Positions 58,693 to 64,000 of a stretch of DNA of 64,000 nucleotides are shown one piece after another. A program made the translations under genes and the position numbers. The first letter of the stretch is position 1; each line of letters opens with the position of its first letter. Under the pieces are notes generated by a model, which worked only from the letters and a program-made list of their open reading frames with translations, was not told the origin of the DNA and made no database searches. The stretch is from Desulfosudaceae bacterium (lineage in GTDB: Bacteria; Desulfobacterota; Desulfobacteria; Desulfobacterales; Desulfosudaceae): the NCBI GenBank assembly GCA_963674745.2, contig CAXXDV010000003.1, positions 1,152,001-1,216,000 of the forward strand, in the 5' to 3' direction.

Positions 58693-60072
58693 TTAATCAG
58701 GCCGGATATTGCCACGGGTATACGAAAAATAGATGCCGACCAGGCAAAGGGCGCAACAGGTGGCAAAACCAAGCCTGGTGGACAACAGGAACCGGTCGTA
58801 TTGGTCCGGCGTAATGGCTTCTCCGCCGATGAGAATGGCCAGGTACATGGTGGCAATAGCCATGCTGAGCATCTGGCCGATCAGCCGCATGGTGGCCACG
58901 GTGCCCGAGGCCAGGCCGTAATGGGCCGGCTGTACGCTGCTCATGATGGCGTTCATGTTGGGCGAGGAAAAAAGGGCGAATCCCAGTCCCAGTCCCAGCA
59001 GGGTGGTGACAATATAGGCAATGGTCGTGGTCGAAGTGATCCAGGCCAGAGAGAACAGGCCGGCGGCGCACATGGCCATGCCGATGGAGGCAATGACACC
59101 GGGCTCAAACCGATCGGAAAGCCGGCCGGCCAGGGGTGAGAACAGGGCCATCATGATCGGCTGGGTGATCAGGACCAGCCCGGTGGTCTGCGGCGTCAGG
59201 CCCTTGATGTATTGCAGGTAAAGGCTCAGGTAAAAGGCAATGGCAAAGGTGGCGGCATAGTTGATCAGGGCGGCCAGGCCGGAAAATGAGAACCCCCGGT
59301 TGTTTCGGAAAAGGCTGATTTCTACTACCGGAAAATCAGCGATGGTTTCCTGCCGGATAAAGATCGCAAAGGCCGCCATGCTGACGACAACCATGATGAT
59401 GCCTGAGGTTTCAGGCATTTTCGAAAGACCCAGCATAAAAAAGACCAGTGAAGCGGCATAAAAAAAGACGCCGGTCAGATCCAGGGACTGACCTTTGGCT
59501 ACCACCCATTCATCTTTTATCATGGTGACGGCCAGGTAAAACGACAGGAGGCCCAGGGGAAAGGTCACGATAAAAATGCTGCGCCATCCCCAGGCAGCCG
59601 TCAGGTAGCCTGCGGCAAAAGGTCCCGTGGAAAGGCCCATATATACAGCCGCCACCGTGATACCGATGGCCCGGCCGCGTTCGGACAAGGGGAAGACGGC
59701 CGCGATAATGGCAATACCGGTGGTGGAGATCATGGCAGCGCCGACGCCTTGCACCATTCTTAAGGCAATTACCATCCATATGGAGGGCGCCAGGGCGATG
59801 GTAACGGTTGACAGGGTGAACAGGGCAATACCGGTTACAAATATTTTTTTGCGGCCGGTCATGTCCGCGATTTTAGCGATGGGCACCAGCATGATCGCCG
59901 TCGACAACAGGTAGGCATTGGCCACCCAGCTCAACAAAACGGCCCCGGCGGAAAACTCACGGCCGATGGCCGGCAGAATAATGTTGACACCCGAGACCAT
60001 GAACGGCCCCATGAATGTCGTGGCGGTTACAACCAGCAGCAGGGCGGATTTAGACGTTTTGACCTGTTCCAT
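58693..60072 (-). CDS. MFS transporter (DHA2/EmrB-like, 14 TM)
   Basis: ADMTGRKK, RMVQGVGAAM, ERGRAIG, GWRSIF, FSSPN. Confidence 0.92.
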   Translation of the reverse strand: MEQVKTSKSALLLVVTATTFMGPFMVSGVNIILPAIGREFSAGAVLLSWVANAYLLSTAIMLVPIAKIADMTGRKKIFVTGIALFTLSTVTIALAPSIWMVIALRMVQGVGAAMISTTGIAIIAAVFPLSERGRAIGITVAAVYMGLSTGPFAAGYLTAAWGWRSIFIVTFPLGLLSFYLAVTMIKDEWVVAKGQSLDLTGVFFYAASLVFFMLGLSKMPETSGIIMVVVSMAAFAIFIRQETIADFPVVEISLFRNNRGFSFSGLAALINYAATFAIAFYLSLYLQYIKGLTPQTTGLVLITQPIMMALFSPLAGRLSDRFEPGVIASIGMAMCAAGLFSLAWITSTTTIAYIVTTLLGLGLGFALFSSPNMNAIMSSVQPAHYGLASGTVATMRLIGQMLSMAIATMYLAILIGGEAITPDQYDRFLLSTRLGFATCCALCLVGIYFSYTRGNIRPD

Positions 60073-60077
60073 AAAGC

Positions 60078-60569
60078 TTAGCTTTTTTGCCTTGCAGCCG
60101 ATATGGTGATCAGGATCGCCAACCCGAAGCAGGCAACCGCGCTGAACAACAGCACAAAAACGTTTTTCGGCATTCCGGTTTTCAGCACCGACACACCGGG
60201 ATCATCCGGATTGTAAAAAACGGACACTTCTCCACCGGCAGGGTATTTGCGAAGGACGTCCCTGGCCCCGCTCAACGTCTTCTGGTACATGTCCGAGGCT
60301 GAGATGCGGTTGCCGGCATATTGCCTGCCGGCAACTTTATAGGTGTATTTAACCGAGGGGGAATATTGTGTGCGGTCGTCCACCCGGCGTGATTCGGCCC
60401 GTGAGTAAGTGATCTTTCCGGTGACCTGTGGCCAGTTTGCGCTTTTTTTGCCGATCGAGTATCGGAAAAGGCCGAAGCCGCCCAAAATCAGTCCGAAAAT
60501 GATCAAAACTGCGACCAGAATGACGGCATCACTTTTTTTGTTTGTTGCTGCCCTGGTTTCGTCTGTCAT
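60078..60569 (-). CDS. DUF3592 domain membrane protein
   Basis: SANWPQVTGKI..S, YTYKVAGRQY, YP.GGEVSVFYNPDDP..SVL. Confidence 0.85.
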   Translation of the reverse strand: MTDETRAATNKKSDAVILVAVLIIFGLILGGFGLFRYSIGKKSANWPQVTGKITYSRAESRRVDDRTQYSPSVKYTYKVAGRQYAGNRISASDMYQKTLSGARDVLRKYPAGGEVSVFYNPDDPGVSVLKTGMPKNVFVLLFSAVACFGLAILITISAARQKS

Positions 60570-60697
60570 GATAGATGCCTCGCTTTGTATTTTAAAACGT
60601 ATCGTGTCGCGGACCAGGTGGATGGATATTTTAAGGTGCCGCAATCATCAGAATTTATCGGAAGCAAAAAGTGAAGTCAAGGACGGTGAAAGGCGTA

Positions 60698-61816
60698 TCA
60701 CAGGGTATCGATCAGGTTTCCGATAGTCGTGCTTTCATACCCGGGGATGGCGGCGATCTCTTCGCGCAGAGCCCGGGACTGGAGAGTGTCAAGCATGATG
60801 CGGATGGTCGGATGATCCATCAGGTCGTCGGGGACGATCAGGTCACAGCGCACGGTCTCAACAGGAACAAAGTCCAGGTGAAACATTTCAGCAACTACAT
60901 GAAGGCCGAGGGCGACATCGGCCAGACCGGCAGCCACCCATTGCGCGCCCTGGTTGTGGGTATTGACTTCATTGCCGTAACCCCTGACAGCTGAAATCGG
61001 GATGCCGGCCTTTGCCAGCTGGTCATCCAGCAAAAGGCGCAAGGCCGCGCCGCATTCCCGGTTGACCATGTCGACGTTCCTGTCAGCCAGGTCGGCCACA
61101 GAATGGATGTTGTGGGGGTTGCCCCGGGCAACGATCAGGCCTTCATCCATGCGGGTAAAACCGATCACCTTGCCGCTCATGCCGGGCAGCATTTTACGGG
61201 CGACCACTACGTTGGATTCCCCGTCTTCGGTATTATGAAGATGAATGCCGCCCACATGGGCGCGTCCGGCGGAAAGGGCCTGCATGGCGGCATAGCTGGA
61301 GGCAAAACAGCAATATACCCGGGCACCCGAAAAGGCGCGGGCCACATGCCCCCCCAGAATGGTAAACGCCGGGTCGCAACCGAAGAGCAGGACGGTTCTT
61401 TCCAGTATGTCGTCCGGACAATACACCCTGGCGGTCCGGTTGTCATCTTCCAGCAGGGCGTCAGCCGCCGGCAGCCCGCTGTTAAACAGGATATTGCCGG
61501 TGATGGGAACGCCGGTCAGCTTTCCCCGAAGATAGGCCGCCAGGAGTCGACGCGTACCCGATGAATCCTCTCCCACGATATCCACGGGCTGGCTTTTGCC
61601 GTAAATCTCCTCGTTGAAAAGGGTCTCCACCGAACATTCCAGGCAGCGGGCCAGTCTCAGAGACACGCCTGTGTTGGGCAGGTAGCGGCCGGACTCGATA
61701 TCGTATATCGCCTGACGCTTGACCCCGACCGCTTTGGCCAGGTCTGCCTGGGACAGGCCTTTGGCCTGGCGGTACGTCTTGACATGACAGGTTATTTTGG
61801 GCTTTTTTTCGTCCAT
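60698..61816 (-). CDS. XRE-HTH plus periplasmic-binding-protein-like (molybdate-sensing) transcriptional regulator
   Basis: GLSQADLAKAVGVKRQAIYDIESG; GCDPAF, HVGGIHL, VNRECGAALR, ADVALG; divergent from the porin-modA genes. Confidence 0.85.
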   Translation of the reverse strand: MDEKKPKITCHVKTYRQAKGLSQADLAKAVGVKRQAIYDIESGRYLPNTGVSLRLARCLECSVETLFNEEIYGKSQPVDIVGEDSSGTRRLLAAYLRGKLTGVPITGNILFNSGLPAADALLEDDNRTARVYCPDDILERTVLLFGCDPAFTILGGHVARAFSGARVYCCFASSYAAMQALSAGRAHVGGIHLHNTEDGESNVVVARKMLPGMSGKVIGFTRMDEGLIVARGNPHNIHSVADLADRNVDMVNRECGAALRLLLDDQLAKAGIPISAVRGYGNEVNTHNQGAQWVAAGLADVALGLHVVAEMFHLDFVPVETVRCDLIVPDDLMDHPTIRIMLDTLQSRALREEIAAIPGYESTTIGNLIDTL

Positions 61817-61984
61817 TATTTTGCCTCAAATGACGTTTTTAAAATTAGACTTGACATTTAGAAACATAGAAAATAAGTCTTATCCAGTCAATTGACGTTT
61901 GTAGACGACATATTTTGTTATTATAGCCGGGTTGTTAACATGTTGCAATCAAAAAAGAAACACGCGGGGACAGGAGATATCAGA

Positions 61985-63358
61985 ATGGGAAAGGTCACTT
62001 ACAAGCTGATACCGTTGGTTTTCCTGGTTTTTTTAACGCAAGTCATTCCGGGATCCTGTTTGGCCGATTCAGCTGACAAAACACTCGTTTTTGGCGCCGA
62101 TGTCCGGCTTCGATATGAATTTCAGGACAATTTCAACCAGCTTGCTTATGGCGAAAATCCGGTTAAAGGATCGTCCAGCGACGGATTTCTGTTGGGACGA
62201 CTTCGGGCCGGTTTCGATTACACCCCCTGCAACCATTTTCACCTGGCGCTCTGGCTGCAGGACGCCGAAGCATGGGGCCTGGCGCTGGCAGACAGTGATT
62301 TCCATAAAGGGAAGTTCGGCCAGCAACACAACCCCGACAAGGATCGATGGGAATTATGGGATTCGTACCTGGAATTCAAGAACCTTTTTGATGATACATT
62401 CTCTGTCAAAGCCGGGAGGCAGCGTATTTTTTACGGTGACAAGCGGGTGTTCGGCCCCGGCGAATGGGGGAACAGCGGCCGCTGGATCTGGGACGCCGTT
62501 AAGTTGTCCTATCAATTCAACCATGGCTTTGTAGACGCTTATTACGGCAAAACCCAGCTCCATGATCCCAACGCTTTCAGCCTCAATCATCGTCATGGAT
62601 TTGAAAGTGCCGGTATCTATAGTCAATTCAAGTCTCCGGTGAAACTGATCCCCATTGTGCTGGAACCGTTTATGATGACCCGGGTAGATGATCACGACCT
62701 TTACAAAGGAGAAGATCAGGCCATGGGCGACGTTGATTCCTGGTACTGGGGTTTCCGGGCCTTTAAAAAGAATTTCTTTGGTTTTGATTATGATTTTACG
62801 TATATTCGCCAGGCCGGAGATTATGCCGATGACGACATCGATGCCTGTGGCTATCACGCGCTGCTGGCCTATACGTGTAAACAGGTAAGCCTGGAACCCA
62901 GGATCAGCCTTGAGTACAGTTATGCTTCGGGTGATGATGACCCGGCTGACGGTGATCACGAGACGTTTGACGCCGCTTTCGGTGCCCGGGATAAAATGTA
63001 CGGCCGCATGAATCTTTTTCACTGGCAGAACTTAAAGGATGCCCAGGTGAATTTTGAGGTTAAACCGATCGAGTGGCTTTCCCTCAAGGCGGAAATCCAT
63101 CAGTTCCGGCTGGCGCAAAAAGAGGATGCCTGGTATCTCAATGCCCAGGCCTATCGGGACAAAAGCGGTCAATCAGGAGACGAGGTAGGGCGGGAAGTGG
63201 ATATCGTGGCGGTGATCAATTTTTTCCCCAGCCACTGCATTCAGGCCGGTTTCGGTCATTTCCGACCGGATGAATTTGCCAGGGCCGTTGCTTCGGACAA
63301 GAACAGTAACTGGGTGTTTGTGCAGTGGGAGTATAAGTTTTCCCGGAAGGTATTATAG
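61985..63358 (+). CDS. Alginate-export-family outer-membrane porin
   Basis: Signal peptide, GADVRLRYE, AGRQRIFYGDKRVFG..EW.N, ASGDD, GREVDI. Confidence 0.85.
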   Translation: MGKVTYKLIPLVFLVFLTQVIPGSCLADSADKTLVFGADVRLRYEFQDNFNQLAYGENPVKGSSSDGFLLGRLRAGFDYTPCNHFHLALWLQDAEAWGLALADSDFHKGKFGQQHNPDKDRWELWDSYLEFKNLFDDTFSVKAGRQRIFYGDKRVFGPGEWGNSGRWIWDAVKLSYQFNHGFVDAYYGKTQLHDPNAFSLNHRHGFESAGIYSQFKSPVKLIPIVLEPFMMTRVDDHDLYKGEDQAMGDVDSWYWGFRAFKKNFFGFDYDFTYIRQAGDYADDDIDACGYHALLAYTCKQVSLEPRISLEYSYASGDDDPADGDHETFDAAFGARDKMYGRMNLFHWQNLKDAQVNFEVKPIEWLSLKAEIHQFRLAQKEDAWYLNAQAYRDKSGQSGDEVGREVDIVAVINFFPSHCIQAGFGHFRPDEFARAVASDKNSNWVFVQWEYKFSRKVL

Positions 63359-63437
63359 TGTGCAATTCATTACCGTTGCATATACGTTTCTGTTTAAATT
63401 TTTCATCACAAGTATCAATACAGCTGAAAAGAGAAAG

Positions 63438-63494
63438 TAGGGGCAACCCCCTGTGGTTGCCCTGGGCTGGGCAGGCACAGGGGCCTGCCCCTAC
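63438..63494. repeat. Reverse-oriented REP doublet
   Basis: GTAGGGGCAACCCCCTGTGGTTGCCC...GGGCAGGCACAGGGGCCTGCCCCTAC. Confidence 0.88.
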
Positions 63495-63591
63495 GAAATG
63501 AAAGGGCCTGCCACTACAAAAAGAACAATGATGATTTACACCCGTATTTTAGCCCTGATTAGCTAAGATGATTTTATGTGGGAGACATATC

Positions 63592-64000
63592 ATGGCTTTA
63601 AGAAAAACAATTGCGGCCTTACTCATGTGTGTGTTTGTTATCGGTTCGACACCGGTCCGTTCAGAGGTGGTGACGATTTCGGTGGCCGGCAGCATGACCG
63701 ATGTTTTCAAGAAGCTGGCCGGTGCTTTTGAGCAGGCCAATCCGGACATCACCGTACAGCTTAATTTCGCCTCATCAGGGGCCCTGGCCAAGCAGATCAG
63801 CCAGGGTGCGCCGGCCGACATATTCGTGTCGGCCAACACCAACTGGATGGATTACCTGGTCGAAAAAAGGCTTGTTGATGCTGCCGATATCCGGATATTG
63901 GCGCACAACAGCCTGGTTTTTATCGGTGGAAAAGATAAAAAAGTCAGTACGCTGCAGGATCTGGCCGGATTTGATCGTATCGCCCTGGGCAGCCCGGCCA
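63592..64000 (+). CDS. modA: Molybdate ABC transporter substrate-binding protein, truncated by the window end
   Basis: Manual translation: MALRKTIAA...VAGSMTDVF...NFASSGALAKQISQGAPADIFVSAN...NSLV...RIALGSP. Confidence 0.88.
   Translation, partial: MALRKTIAALLMCVFVIGSTPVRSEVVTISVAGSMTDVFKKLAGAFEQANPDITVQLNFASSGALAKQISQGAPADIFVSANTNWMDYLVEKRLVDAADIRILAHNSLVFIGGKDKKVSTLQDLAGFDRIALGSPA

Noticed and set aside
1..64000. tRNA, rRNA or known riboswitch (including a Moco riboswitch before the porin-modA genes)
   Set aside because: None recognisable by eye; an Infernal/Rfam search would be needed to exclude them

Overview
A 64-kb bacterial chromosomal window. Gene content and repeat style suggest a Desulfobacterota/Desulfobacterales-like sulfate reducer (inference). 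The left ~13.6 kb looks like an accessory or defence island: two tandem AT-rich DUF262 (GmrSD-like) genes, an AddA/AddB-like helicase-nuclease pair, a small Cys-rich ORF, a divergent HTH-WYL regulator with operator-like and PafBC-like promoter motifs, then RhuM, SWIB and ORF6N genes. The rest is mostly envelope, transport and signalling genes: two paralogous diguanylate cyclases, MgtE, DUF748, a YadA-like adhesin, TPM proteins, three porins, a TolC-MFP-RND pump, a 7TM-DISM/HK/REC/HD-GYP hybrid next to a PilZ-plus-PhcB-like methyltransferase, an LpoB operon, TRAP/TAXI, MFS, a molybdate regulator and modA. Most intergenic spaces are packed with GTAG-type REP doublets (about 50 by eye, many in 86-128 bp tandem arrays) and G/T-rich 6-8-mer runs. 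The probable REP-associated tyrosine transposase (RAYT, 27387-27956) carries a complete REP doublet in frame inside its own coding sequence. Most notable observation: three unrelated genes (RhuM, ORF6N, RAYT) each carry an in-frame DNA palindrome, and the ORF6N gene has two free-standing variant copies of its palindrome just upstream. No rRNA, tRNA, CRISPR array or integrase was recognised. Four +1 homopolymer frameshifts cluster at 33.8-36.9 kb and are probably sequencing errors.
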